A stretch of DNA of 64,000 nt from positions 8,556,001-8,620,000 of the forward strand of contig CM022668.1 of NCBI GenBank assembly GCA_012295275.1. Reading direction: 5' to 3'. Shown here one piece after another: positions 28,200-43,066 of the stretch (position 1 is the first letter of the stretch; the number at the start of each line of letters is the position of its first letter). Both the position numbers and the translations under genes were made by a program. Origin of the DNA: Chrysomallon squamiferum. Lineage: Eukaryota; Animalia; Mollusca. A model generated the notes under the pieces. That model was not told the DNA's origin. It did not search any database and was given only the letters and a program-made list of their open reading frames with translations.

Positions 28200-29793
28200 C
28201 TAAGCAAAGACTTGTCATAGTAAGTGTGTTTAAAGTGAAAGTTGTTTGATAAACAGAAAATACAAAAAGTCAGAAACAAGGCTAGTCAGTGTGAATATAA
28301 ACATCATACAAATATAAATACAAACATCATACAAATGCTTTTATCTGGTATTATATTGGTACTTATTAATTAGCAAAAATCATAAAAAACTGGAAGATGA
28401 TGAAGAAAAACACAATTAAACCAGTGTCATATTATATATACTGAGATTTTAAAGTTCAGTTTAAAGAGGTGTTTTATTTACTGAGGTTTTAAAGTTTAGT
28501 TTAAAGAGGTGTTTTATTTACTGAGGTTTTAAAGTTTAGTTTAGAGAAGTGTTTCATTTTCTGAGGTTTTAAAGTAAGTCCTTAAAGGTGTTTTGTTCAT
28601 GGGAGTTTTAAAGTTCAGGTTTTAGAGGTGTTTACTTTACTGAAATTTGACATTTAACTATTTGGTAAGTCATGGGATTAGTGGAAATGTTTTGGTTTTA
28701 GGACAAGTCCAGTTGGTGAGAGTCCTGTTTTGCTATACCTATATTGTATGAAAATAACAGAACTTAGTTCGGTAAAGAATGAAACACAAAAAAAGTAATT
28801 AAAGCAACACTGAATAACTTTCTTGTCATAACTGTACAAGAAAAACAAAGGTAAACTTCAAAATAAAATAGTTTAACATATATAACAATAATATAACAAA
28901 AAAACTGTATCACTCCACTGGTAGCAGTTAGCAGTAAAGGAGCTAGTTGTTATGAGTTTCTGCACTGACAGGCTGGCACAAGTCTTTCTGATAGAGCAGT
29001 AATGACCATTTGATGAATGAATAGTGAAACATTAGCTAGCATGGGAAATAATCAAATCAGTGAATGAAAAAGATTGAACTGGTGACTTATGATATTTTAG
29101 GTGAGAGCTTGAATACAGACAAAAGATACCATTTTATGCTACAGCTCTTATAAAAAATTAAAATGAAAATTAACAAGAAATGAAAAAAAAAAAAAAAAAA
29201 AAAAAAAAAACAAAAAATAATAATAATAATAAAAAAAATAAAAAAAAAAAAAATAATAATGACAGTGATAGTCATCGTAAAAGATAAATAAATAAAATAA
29301 AAAATCCTTAATAAAAGTGATTACTTCTTTGAATATAATATTAGATGTGTTTAGCATTGTTCTAAAAATAAATAGATATTTTGCAGAATTTTATACTTTA
29401 TATTTTGTCTGAGATAGTGAAACAAATTGAAAAATAAATAAACAAAACAAAAGAAAGAAATAAATAAATAGAGTAGATATTATATACTGAAATAATATGG
29501 AGTTAAATCTGAGGATTATTTTCTTTAATCTGTATGTGTACCTAATACTGGCTACCATATTATGGTTGTCATGGCAACTGATGCATGTAAGCTGAAAGCA
29601 ATCAAAGTATAAGAATATTCTTTTTTTTTAATCTTATTTCTTAAAATTAATAACATTTTACAGGTATTTTTATATATATATATATATCTTTTTAATATCT
29701 ATATAAATGCCTGTAAAATTATATTCTTTTTTTAAAAATCTTATTTCTTTAAATTAATAAGATTTTACAGACATTTTTATATATATGTGTATT

Positions 29794-29830
<37 letters not shown>

Positions 29831-30977
29831 TAATATATATATATATATAAATGCCTGTAAAATCTTATTAATTTAAAGAAATAAGATTATAAAAAAGAAT
29901 ATTGTATATACTTTGGTTGCTTTCAGCTTTCATGCATCAGTTGCCATGACAACCATAATATGGACAGCTAAAATGGTAGCCAGTATTAGGTACACATACA
30001 GATTAAAGTAAATAATCCTCAGATTTAACTCCATATTATTTCAGTAAATCCTGTTTACACTGAAATGCTGCGCCAAATTGCTGCTGTTGATGTAATGTTG
30101 AAGTTATGTTATGCTGACAGTGCTGTTGTAGCTTTTCAAATTTTAAAGCTAGTTTATAGTACCTCTGTGAGTAGATATGTAGTCTCCAGATTTTGTTTGT
30201 TAATAATAATAATAATAATGGAGAGAATTGTTTCAAATTTGTTTATTATTTATTTAATTATTATTATAAAGAACATAAGGAAAAAGAAATTAAAAGGTTT
30301 TTTTATTGTCATGTCAATATCAAAATGATGATGATCATGATAATAATAAAATAAGAACAATGATAACTATAATAATAATAATGATGATGATGACAAAGAT
30401 TATGTTGATAATAGTAATGATGCAATGAGCTAGAATGAGGAAAGAACATAATTAAAATAACACAAAAGCTACAAAATAAAGATAAATAAATACTTCTACT
30501 ATGAAATAATATAATCAGTAAATATAACACAGCAAGTGTACTTTTTCATGTATTATACAAAATATATATTTTAATATTTATACGACATATCTAAATCCTG
30601 ATACCATCTGTTATTAGAAATAGTCATAATTAAATATTTATTTATGCATGGATTATATTGTGAAAAATATATGTCTGGGTATGTAAAAAAATAAAATAAA
30701 TAAAAATATATAAACTTAAAGTGGGTTATCTTAATAAAATACTTCTGCAAATATCTTATAGGTTGTGTGTGTGTGTGTGTGTGTGTTTATGTTTCTGCAT
30801 CCATGTTTATAGATGTCTGATAATAGAAATATTATGTTATACAAGTGTGTGATATACAGGAGAGCATGAGGGGATGCATGTAGATGTATGTATGTTATGT
30901 AGTGTACACGTGCATATATGTTAATTACTTTATACAGGATTTCTTTATATGTGCAGGTGTGTGTGTGTGTGTGTGTG

Positions 30978-31018
<41 letters not shown>

Positions 31019-32999
31019 ATGAAAAAAAAATGAATGAGTAAAATGAAATTGTCAGTTTCTTTTGGTAAGTATATTTTTCTTATGTTCTGGATAATTATGT
31101 ACGTTTTTTTGTTTTTTTGTTGTTTTTTGTTTTTCAGTGTAAATGTAAAATGTGATGTTTGATATTTTCAGATTCCTCAGCTAAAACAGAGCCATGTTCA
31201 CATAAAAGATGCTGATCATGTGAACAATATGTTAAATCACATGATCAGTCAGGGTTACAAGAAACTGCAGGTAACTTTCACTTTCACTACTGTAAAATAT
31301 CTTTAGTTTTTTTCTTCTTTTTCTACTTTCACTTTTTATATACTTTTACTTTCACTTAATTTTCATTATAGATAATGTTTCATTGTGTTCTTTCACTTTT
31401 CTATAGCTTTAATTTTATTTTCATTTCTTCATTTTCATTTTTTTCTACTTTTAAATATTTTGTGTTGTTTACTTTCACTTTTATATACTTCATCTTTCAT
31501 TTTTGTTTCTTAATAAAACTTTAATTTGCTATTTTATTAATTTATTGTTTTCTTTTTCTTTTTCTGTTTTTGATGATTGTCTGCTTTGACTTTATCACAT
31601 ATAATGATATATGTTATTTTGTTGTTGTGTTTAATAGTTATATACTTTCATCTTCCTATTTTACTGATTTTAGTTTACTTTCAAAGCTTTTCATTATTTT
31701 GTTTCTCTTTTCTATATATCTGTCTTCACAATAAACTTAATCTTATTCTTTGTTTTCCCATTTTAACTTGTTTTTTTTTTACTTTTCAGTTATTTCCATT
31801 CTTTACCTTAATTTAACCTTCTTTGTTAACATTGTTTTCATATAGCTTTCTAACTGGTAACATATATTCATATATATAAATATATATATATATGCACATA
31901 CACACACATGTTTGTTTATTTAATATTTTTTGTTACTTTGCTTTTCTTTATGAATGCAGTTGAAATCCAAAACATCAAACTTTGATATCTCTAACTGAAT
32001 ATCTGCTCCCTGCCAAACTCTTATATAAGCTAGTAAATACCTTTTGAAATGGAAACATCCATAACTGTTTATCAAAATCTTTTTATGATCTCAGTATATT
32101 GATTTATCAGAAATTAGCCTTTGAAAACATGAAGCACTAGTTTATTTCCTGATATTTATTTCAAATTATGAGTTTTCAGTAATGTATAAACCTGTATATG
32201 TTTTTGGCTGTGAAAGCATTGTTTCTGTGTGTGTGTGCGTATGTATAATCATATATGTGTATACAAGAAATTATTGTTATTGTTTCTTTTTCTCATTTCA
32301 TTTGCTCTTTGTTTTCAGGTTGTGGCTGATTTTGACAGAACATTGTCCAAGTATTCCCATCGAGGGCAAACCTGCTCAACATGCCATAGTAAGAAAACAT
32401 TTTACAATCATGGAATATTTGATTTTACTTTTACATTACCTTTTCTTAGTTCTATTAAAATGTATTAAATTTCTTTGTTTTGTTACAATGTATTATGTTT
32501 TCTGGATTCAGTTGAAACCTATAATGTTTTCTTATTTCTGTTAAAATGTATTAGGTATTCCTAGTTCTGTTAAAATGTATTAAGTTCTTTAGTTCTTTTA
32601 AAGAGTACCTATGTCTAAACAAACATCTAAACTTCTTGATATTTACTAGTAATTATATTGTCATTAATAACAATGTATGACTCTCAAAATACTTTTAAAA
32701 CATCTGAATGCCACCATTTTACTTCTTCACAACTGGAGTGGTTATGTTCAGAGAACAGCTGTCTGTATTGTATCTGACAGAAAAATAGCTCTACTGGGTT
32801 TTTTTAATATTTTTTTGTATTTTGTTATTAAATAAGACTGGATATGATAGGGAAAATCAAAATCATACAAGAAGAAGAAGAAGAAGACAAAACAACAACA
32901 ACATAACTTAGAGCTGTGCAGAATATTTCTTCATTTCACCAATAGCACACTTCAGTTTATCATTTAATCCCCTTTCAAAAATTAAAACCATATTGCAAA

Positions 33000-33041
<42 letters not shown>

Positions 33042-36000
33042 AAAAAGAAAGGTTTTCAGAATCATGCTTTGTGGCATTATGTAAATATATCTGTGTATGT
33101 GATTGTGTATGTTTTGTTTGTGTCTGTGTGTGTTTTAGCTCATTTTAAAATTTGTTTAATATTTAAAGAATTATTTTCTTTCTCTTTTATTTCAGATGTT
33201 CTGGAAGACAGCAACCGTATGCCTGAGTTTTACAAGAAAAAGGTTTTAACCTCAAACAATATTTAGATAAAACTGACTTCAAAATTACTTTAAAATATTT
33301 TTATCTTCGTATTTCATTAACATTAATAAAACAAATGAAACAAGATAAATGGTATTTTCTGCAACTTATATTGGCTTTTCTTCTATCAATTTATACTTTA
33401 TTTTCTCTTTTCCATTGTATTCTTTTTATGATCTTTTCTGATTTTCTGTCCTCTTTCTTTTCTACATTTATCTATTTTTTCAGCTCCTGTTTCCATCTTC
33501 CTTCCTTACCTAACTTCCTCTCTCTGTCCATTAAACCATCTATTAATCTATCCATCTATCATTTAATGTGATGTGATAACAGAATCACAAATTAATGATA
33601 CATTACTAACAACAGTTAATGTATTTCAGACAACAGAACTGAGAGAGCTGTACATGCCAATAGAATTTGATGAATCTCTCACAAAGGAGGAGAAAATTCC
33701 ACAGATCATAGAATGGTAATACTAAATCAATCAGCCAGTTAGCAATACTCTCAGTAGTCACCCAGTTAACAAAACTAACTCAGTTTACTATTACTAAACC
33801 ATAGTAATAACTGTCACATATTTTATACTTGCTTAACTATTATTAAGCCATTTAAATTACAGCAGTCACCCAGCTTGCTGTTACAAAACATGGTAATAAC
33901 TGAAATTTGTGTCACCCATTTAACAGTTATTAAAACACGACAATAATGAGTCATTTAAAACAACAACGAAGCTAGGTTATAAACATACATATTTAAATCA
34001 GTTAATTGTAACAAGACAGTGGTAATAGCTAACATCAACATTAATCAAGGAATCATTATGAAAACCAATATAATAACATGTGTATTCAAAGCACCTGATT
34101 AACATCTTACAAATCCTATAATAAATGACATATTTTAACAATTAGAAGAACCACGAATACATAAAATCTGTTTAAAATTTGCAGTGATAATTAAACACCA
34201 ATAATGTTTTTGCCTGCAGGTACACCAGTGCACATGATCTGCTGCTGTCGTGTCATGTGACTAAAGATGACCTGGTTCAAATGGTTCAGGATTCGAAGAT
34301 GATGTTAAGGTATCAATGAAGTCTGGAGTGATGATATATACATATGTAACAGTGACATATGCATATGTCTAACACTTGTTTATATCAGTGTGTTTGTATG
34401 TGTGTGTAGATATACAAACATGTATAAATATTCACACACACACACAGAGTTGAACAAGTTCACACATATTCATATACATACAAACATATATATATTCATA
34501 CATACATATATACATGCATGCATACATATACACTTACATACATTCAGAAATACATATATACATACATATGTACACATAAATACATACAAACACAGTTATA
34601 GAGGTCCAAACATATTCATATGTACACATGCATGCACACACACACACGCACACACACACACACACACAAAAACACACACACAAACACACACAGGCATACA
34701 TATGTCCACAGATACAAACACATATTCGTATACGTACATACATGAATAGAGCTGTATAGTTTCACACATAATTTCTGGCAGACAGCATTAACCATTAGGA
34801 GTCAGTCAAGCTGCAGTTATTTCTTACAGTTCTTTTAGTTTATTTTTCTTTTCTTTTAGCACTTTTAATGCTATTTTTTCTTTCAGGTTTATGTTTTTTC
34901 ATTCAGTACTATGATACTATACACATCTACACACATAGACACGTACATTGACATATACACACACAAACAAGACTTGCATCACATACATCCATACATATTT
35001 TCCACCTAAACACTATTTTTCCTTTCAGATCTTATTAGGAAAATATTTCAAGCTAAAATCATTTTTATTGAAATAAAAAATTAAGAAATGTTTCCAAATT
35101 ATTTGTATGATTTATTGACATTTTAAGCAGCTGAAACACTGAAGTAAGGCATTTTAATAAAAAATATGACAAATAATAAATACAAGTTAATGATACCCTG
35201 AAATGATGAAAATGTGATACAAAACACTAGTGATTTTGTTAAAATTCAGTACTTTTGTAACTATTAAAATGGGTGTCAAATAAAAATTACTAAAGCTAGC
35301 TAAAAAATCAGAAAAATATAAACTATAAATAACTCTAAAACATTTACTTCAGCTAATTCCATCATTCTCAAAATTCTATTTTATATTTACAGATGTCAAG
35401 TCTGATGAGAAGCTGAAGGGTTTGGTACTGAAAACATCAAGTGTGTTCTGTTTATCCATTCACAGCAAGTAAAATTTACAACTTCTAAACCGAAGTATTA
35501 GTTCATAGAATATCTTTAATTCAGAAATCTTATCAAAACCAGCTATTTCTAATAATCTGTATGTGTATAAGAGCTATAACTAGGCATACAGAAATAGACA
35601 TGTACATACACACAGACACAAACAATCACATGCATGTCCTCACACAAACATACATACTGGCACACACACTAAAACACAGAAACACAACTAAACATCATAG
35701 ACTCTAATTTCAATGTCTGATGTGGAAATACTTTTGTCATGTGTTCTTTGAGTGGTCGCTTCTTAGTCTGGCTTACAGGTTCCACATCAAAAAGTGCCTG
35801 TTTGGTTGATCAGAGGTTTGCAGCACTTTTCAAAAAGTGGTATTTCAGCAATTGATTATATTTCACATAGGACATAAATGATAAACTGAATATCTGAATG
35901 ATGAATAAAATGGCACCTGTGTGATTGAATAAATCTGTGTTTAAATATTGAATTTCACTTAAAAACACTGTGAACATCTGTTGCAACATTGTGTTTTTCT

Positions 36001-39000
36001 GGAGCATTTTACCTGTAATGTCCCCATCTTCTTCTCCTGATTTCACATTTGACACCAAATTAATTAGTTTTTTGGCATAGGTCAGTTTTGTTGATGGTGT
36101 CTGGCTAGTGCAATTTGAAGGTTTTATGTATTTATGAGTGTTGAAACAAACATTCTATCATTCATTTCTTTGTAAACTGATATTTAAATTAACCTTTTAA
36201 CTTAACTTGGTAAACTTAACTTCATAGAGCTCTGTCTTTCCCCTATCCTGTATTGAAGATCTGTCTATCCTCCAAACAAAGATTTTATCACAAATATACT
36301 TGTGCCATACAAAACTTGGAAATACCTTCCAACAGTGACCTTCTAAGACCTTTATATGTCAAACACAGAAATTCTTATTCTCAAAGATCCATTCTGAAAC
36401 ACAATATACTATGACCTATCATGGTTGGAAAGCTTCAAATTTGAAAAGATTGCTGTCATAAAATGTAATTATATATGTTACTAAAATGAACATATTATTA
36501 AATTAAAGTTGGACAAGGTCTGGTAATCTTCATTGTGCATTCTTGCTAAAAGCTGTGATTATCATCACATCCATGTAGAAACATCTTCAAAACTCAGCCT
36601 GCTCGTTCACCTAGACTCTCAGAATCAGCTGTTTTCTCTCTGAGATATTCTAATTTGCTACATTTACCAAGTTGTCTGTGAGATGCTTAGCAGTTGTAGT
36701 GAATTTTTGGTGAAAACTGTGAAATTTTCCTTCTAAATGTTTTGTTCACTTCAGAGTAAGTTTCAAAAGTGAAGTTTTCCAGATATGTTGTTTTACTTGT
36801 GAGAGTAATAGTTTTAATATTTGTTCCTTTCTAAAGTTGTCTTATAATGTTCCTGCTAAGTATGTTTTAAAATGTTTTCTTTCTGAGTTTTAAAATATGT
36901 TCTAAGTAAGTTTTAAAATATGTTCCTTCTTTAAAATATGTTCCTATTAAGTTAGTTTTAAAATATGTTCTAAGTAGCTTTTAAAATATGTTCTTTCTAA
37001 GTAAGTTTTAGAATGTGTTCCTACTAAGTAGGTGTTAAAATAAATTTTTAAAGTAAGTTTTAAAAACAGTTGTTTCTAACTAAGTTTTAAAATCTTTTTT
37101 TTTTTTAGTAAGTTTTAAAACATTTTTTCTCAACAGTTTTTAAAATATGTTCATTCACAAAATTTCACTTTATTTGTTACTTCTTCGCTGTTTGATGTTT
37201 ATCTGTATAACACAAAATAAGTAAAATAAAACAAAGTCTGAAAACAAATCACTAGAAGAAACTACTGATTAGCAGTATTTGCAGCATTTCATCATCTAGA
37301 CATCAGTTTTTGTTTGTCTACAAAGAATATCAGAATGATCAGTTTTGCAGAGGGACATTTCTTCTTTTGCTAGTCACAAGCTGGCTGTGTCAGTCACTCA
37401 GATCTGTTAAATCTTTAAAGTTCAGCTTTAAATCTTATAAAATTTAGTGAAGAAAATTTTTGTTTCATAATGCTAAACCCATTTTTCATCTTCTTACATA
37501 ATTTAGTGTTGAATTTTGAAGTTTTAAGTCCATAATTTATTTTTTATTTTTTATTTTTTGTATACAACATAACTGATTATTAAGAAAATCTTCAAGTTTC
37601 TTGGGGTTGTTTTTTGTTTACTGTGTCAAAAACTTGTATTTTGGTTAAATGTTACTTTTTGATTTTGTCATGTTTGATAGTTTTATGTTTTTGTATTTTC
37701 CTATTACCATACAGTCTAATATACTCACATTTTTTTATATATCATATATATCATACATTACTCTACTTCTGCAGTATCATAGTAAATACTTTGTTTCATG
37801 ATCAACAAATAATTTAAATAATTTCTACTTCTTTCAATGCAGAAACAAATCTGCTGCACAAACCAATGTACAAGTTTGTTTATCTTCCTACAGCTAATCT
37901 CACCTAACTGAGCAGATTTATATTAGAGGTCTAGAATATAGTTTCTTCAGATATGAGACCCACCAGCAACTAAATCTCAATATCTGTGTATATGTTCAGA
38001 ATTTTCATCAACTGAACAGATATACATTGAATTATCTTAGCCTAGGATGAGTTCTGATAGAAATATATATATATATTTTTTTCTGTCAGAAACTTTTTAG
38101 TGATCTAGTTGACTAGATTTATGTTGAATTGTCAGGTAACTGCTTTTAACAACCCCTTGACTGACATGCTAACTCAATATCATTAAACTTTATCTTTGAT
38201 GTTACGAAGAAATAATCTAAATCTACATGCGTATTTCAGAGTTATTTTTAATTTAAATTGCTGATCATTATTAATTAATAAAACTGTAAAATAACATTAA
38301 ACTGGATCTTTGTTGATATGAAGTAGTGTAAATATATTCTGATTAGTCCACAATTATTATTTTTTATATTATTTCTTATTTGCTGGTCATTCTTAATTTA
38401 GTAAGAGTGTAGAGTTAAAAATATCTGGGCTGTCCAATTTTTCTGTAATCCTGTGTCACTGTATACTTAGTGAACATGAGTACACTGAGTCTTGTTGCAG
38501 TGTCAGAAACAAATACAGTCATCAGCTGGAAATGTACTTGAGGTAAATGAGCAAAATGGTGGAATTCAAATTTTCAAAACTATACTCTTTCTTTTTGTGA
38601 TATTTTGTAACTTATTTTGACTTTAATCATAACTTACTGATGCTCGGTGTAAATATATCAATTCTGTGAAGCCTGCGATTAAAGATATTTCCTAATTCTG
38701 TACATATGTTGTCTAGGTGACTGTGACTGTGTGGTAACAATATACGATGGAGAATATACATTTTTACCATGTAAATATTTTACCACTGCCGTAAACATAT
38801 TAACCATCAAATATGGTGTGCGGGGATACTATATATATGCTTATAAATATTATTATTATTATTGTTGTTGTTGTTGTTTTGTTATTGTTATTATTGTTAT
38901 TGTTGCTGTTGTTACTGTTGTTACTATTAGACCATTGTTTCATACTACCACTGATCTACTTTTAATAAGTGCAAAACTTGACAGTCACAGGGAATGGCTT

Positions 39001-39173
39001 TTTTAAGTGAAGCACTGGTGGAAAATCATGATACGAAGACTAGAAATCAAATTACATTTTTGACTGTTATTATCAGTTTATTAACATGGTATAGCTGTGT
39101 TTTAGATAGTCTAAAATAATATTTTTCTAGCACAGTAAATATTAGTAAAATATATCCTTTCATTTATTTATTT

Positions 39174-39205
<32 letters not shown>

Positions 39206-40880
39206 GATTGATTGATTGATTGATTTATTTATTTATCTCTTTATTTATGTATTTATTTATAATTTTTTTGAATTTTTTCAAATCACTGATATATTTCTTT
39301 TATTTCCAAGTTATAGTTTTATTGTTCTGAATGATCTAACAGCTTTCATCACACTAAAATATTACGACACTAAAACAAAATTCTTATAATAGCACAATAT
39401 TCCCTAACCCTTTCATCCACTGGATTTTTTGTAGAATTTTTGGTGTAAAATTCATTCTGTCATGTGTGTATGTGTCTGCAGCTAGCATTTTATTCAGTTT
39501 TAAAAAATTACAAAAAAAACCCAACAACTGTTCATTTTTGTAGAAAGAGGGGTTGCTGGTACAGGATGTTTTTAAACATTCTTTTTGTGTGAGTTGGGCT
39601 AACAGAAAATGCAATCAGTTTTTCAGCTGTCTCTTTTGTGTGTGCTCCATTTCCACTGCTCACTTTCTCCAACAGGAAATGTATCTCTCCTCTTTCTTAC
39701 ACCGTGCTTTATTTTAGTTTCTCCTCTGAACTTACTCATTCAACCTTCGTATACCTTCTCACATGGTGAATTTAGTGGTATTGTTTGTTCATGTATTCAA
39801 AATAAAAAATCATCTTATAATTTCAATGGCATTATGATATTTATTTCTGGTGTTTTAATAAATGTTGCTGTTCATTTTTATTTTAAATTTGTTTATCTAT
39901 TTATTATTTTTCTATATTTTCCAAATTAACAACATCAGTGGTAACAATAACAACAGTAACAGTGACAAAACAGCAAAAAAAACCAGCCAAAACAATAACA
40001 GTGATTAAAAAAAACAAAAAATAAGGTTTTCAAAGTCCACTTGTTCAGTAAATCAGATCATCCATTTATATTCACTAAAACTTCAAGCTGGCCTTTCTTG
40101 GGAAAAGAATTTGTTTGTAAGCTTATTACTGAAAAGAAAAGAACTATTATTTTTATTTGTTTTAGTTTTTGTCTTCTCAATAGCTTATCATATCCTTACC
40201 ACATCCTTTTCACTGGTTAGTTAAAAATTAATTGCAGCAAAAACTGAGATCACGTACATGAAATTGTACACACATACACACACAGCTAGAGCTTAAAATA
40301 ATAACACATTATTTTCATTCTTTCCATTTTCACTGTTAAAATCTGTATGCTTACGTGTATGCACGCATACATACTCAAAAACCAAACACATTTAAAAAAA
40401 TTCATTTTTGTTTAAATTATATTTGTTTGCACCTCCCCACTTTTCAAATAATAGCATTCACATACAAACCCACCCATCCAAACACACACAGACACACAGA
40501 CACACACACTCTCACTCACACACACACAGTCACACACACATATAAAAGCATATATACACAGGTACATACATACTTCTTACTAAGTAAATAAATGATTCTT
40601 TAAAAGTCTTGAGTAAACAGATGTTTGTGTAGAATGATGAAAGAGAAAGCCACATGTGTCACTGTTTTTATCCATCAGCAGTGAGGAATCTTTCACATGT
40701 TTAATTTGTGTACACTAAAGAAAAGTCGGCTCTAATATAAAATGAAGCCAAGTAATCTTTGATCCTACCACCTCTCATATATTTATTTCTCTGAGTTAAA
40801 ATCACAACCTGTGTTCAACTGTTTGTTTGTGTGTGTGCTTGTGTGTGTGTGTGTGTGTTTGTGTATGTGTCTTGTGTGTG

Positions 40881-40962
<82 letters not shown>

Positions 40963-40981
40963 TGTATGTGTCTTGTGTGTG

Positions 40982-41025
<44 letters not shown>

Positions 41026-43066
41026 TGTGTGTGTGTGTGTGTAATAACAGAAAGAATATAACAGATTTTCAATCCTCCTTCACCTTTTTTTTGTTGTGAT
41101 TTCTGAATATTATTAGATATTTAATGAACAAATTCAGGTTTAGAAAATTAAGACTTGCTGTGTTTATTATTTGAATTAAACAGAGCACACAATGTTTTCT
41201 GTACAGACTGGAATTGTTTGTTTATTTATTTATATGTGTTATTTTTTCTGCATTTTTAATTGGATGTGTATATCACATAAGTGTACTGATAAACAAATAT
41301 TTTCTTACAGAGATGGCTGTCAGTGGTTTTTCACTGAACTGTACAAACTGGGCATTCCTCTTCTCATCTTCTCAGCTGGAATCGGCGACATCATTGAGGA
41401 GGTCATACGTCAGCAGTCTGAGTGGTACGACAACATGAAGCTTGTGTCCAACTTCATGGACTTCAACAGCGAGGTCTGTACACACACATATATATATGTA
41501 TATACAGCTACACAGGCATACACAAAAAAATATATATCACATATACAGTCACACACATACACACATATATATGCACAACACACACACACACACGCAAGAC
41601 ACTGTCAGATCAAGGATCCATTCTTTTCAGAACTGCTTTATTTATTTTTCTGTTTTGGGATCATGTTTTCTGTAAAATACATTTTCTTTCTTATTAACCA
41701 TGATATTTTATAACCACAGATTTAAACTACAGTCAAATTTCTATGATACAAACATGAAGGAAAGCATATTTCATTCTCCTTAATCAATGACCCATTGTTC
41801 TGTAATTACAAAGGGAAACAATAGCTTGACCGTTCCTGTGTTTCAAGTATTCAAAGATTAATTTCTGTTAGATCGGTAGTCTCGGACTATAAAATGACTG
41901 AGAAATCGAGGTTTTTCAGTTATCAACATGTGAATTTTTGAAGTTATTATTACTTGTTTGGCCAGGACCAGCATTTCAGTTGGAGAAACTATGGTGAAGA
42001 TATTGGGTTTTCTATCAGTTTAGAAATATTGCCAGTATGTTGAATAAAACATGTTTTCTTTGTCCCGTGGTAAACTGACAGGTTTAAAATATTCTGTGAG
42101 TTGGTGTGTATATGTGTATTATGATGTTAAATAAAACATTTCTTTGTTCCAAGAAATGTTTTATTTAACATCATGTTCATATTGGATTTTCACTGGTTTA
42201 AAACTATAGTCAGTTTATTTATTTAATCCAGGGTAAGCTGATTGGCTTCAAAGGAGATCTTATCCACACTTTTAACAAGAATGAAAACAGCATTCATTCT
42301 TCAGATTACTTTGAGAAACTGAAAAACCACGAGAATCTCATCCTCCTAGGAGACCATATAGGAGACCTGCAGATGGCAGAAGGAGCTGAAGTGACCTCCT
42401 GTTTAAAGATTGGCTTTCTTAATCATCACGTAAGTTTCAAATGGCTTTCATAGATTAGATGTGAAGTTACTGTTATGGGTGTTTTAATACCAATTTGAGT
42501 AACTTTAGTTAGTTATTCAGAAATTCAGATATCAATTTACTTATATGACAAGTTTAAATATTAATTTAATTATTTATTTTAATACTTCACATATTAATTT
42601 TATTATTTCCTTTAAAGAATCATATATTAATTTACTTAGTGATTTAAAGTATAAATTAATTTACTGATTTACATTGATATTTTTTTCAAATAGTCATTTA
42701 ATTAGTCATTTAAAAAATAAAAATATTAATTTATTAAATTACTGTGAAATCTTCTATACTATAACTAATTAGCTATTAATGAAATTCAGTATTGTTTTAA
42801 TCAAGATATACACATTTCTAAAGTAAATATTATTATTACTTTTATATTTTTAATTATTTATAATTTTTAGAATATCTCTTTTTATTATTATTATTATTAT
42901 ATTATTATTATTGTTATTGTTATTATATTATTATTATTGTTATTGTTATTATTTTCAGGTTGAGAAGAATTTAGAAAGTTACAAAGAGAACTTTGATGTT
43001 GTAATTCAGGAGGATGAAACGATGGATGTTGTCAATGCTATCATTCAAAAAATATGTGAAGTTTGA
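27239..43066 (+). CDS. NT5C3: Cytosolic 5'-nucleotidase III (HAD superfamily, pyrimidine 5'-nucleotidase/UMPH-1 family), 289 aa, 9 exons
   Basis: GT-AG, in-phase exons: 27239-27247 (MDL), 31172-31270, 32319-32388 (VVADFDRTLS, HAD motif I), 33196-33242, 33630-33715 (PIEFD..EEKIPQIIEW), 34220-34309, 41311-41473 (LIFSAGIGD, VSNFMDF), 42232-42429 (LIHTFNKN, LLGDHIGDLQMAEG, LKIGFLN), 42959-43066. Total 870 nt including stop. Confidence 0.95.
28432..28640. repeat. About 40-bp degenerate tandem repeat
   Basis: TTTTATTTACTGAGGTTTTAAAGTTTAGTTTAAAGAGGTG, about 5 copies. Confidence 0.8.
29485..30046. repeat. Long inverted repeat (foldback / MITE-like) in NT5C3 intron 1
   Basis: Arms of about 190 bp, TACTGAAATAATATGGAGTTAAATCTGAGGATTATTT... 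and ...AAATAATCCTCAGATTTAACTCCATATTATTTCAGTA, with TA at both ends and an (AT)n-rich centre. Confidence 0.9.
36855..37150. repeat. Degenerate short tandem repeat
   Basis: Recurrent AAGTAAGTTTTAAAATATGTTC(C)T units. Confidence 0.75.
40830..41042. repeat. (GT)n microsatellite with internal duplication
   Basis: GT run in which TTTGTGTATGTGTCTTGTGTGTGACT occurs twice. Confidence 0.93.

Noticed and set aside
35810-36058. 82-aa antisense ORF in NT5C3 intron 6
   Set aside because: No recognisable motif or splice context; possibly old transposon debris.
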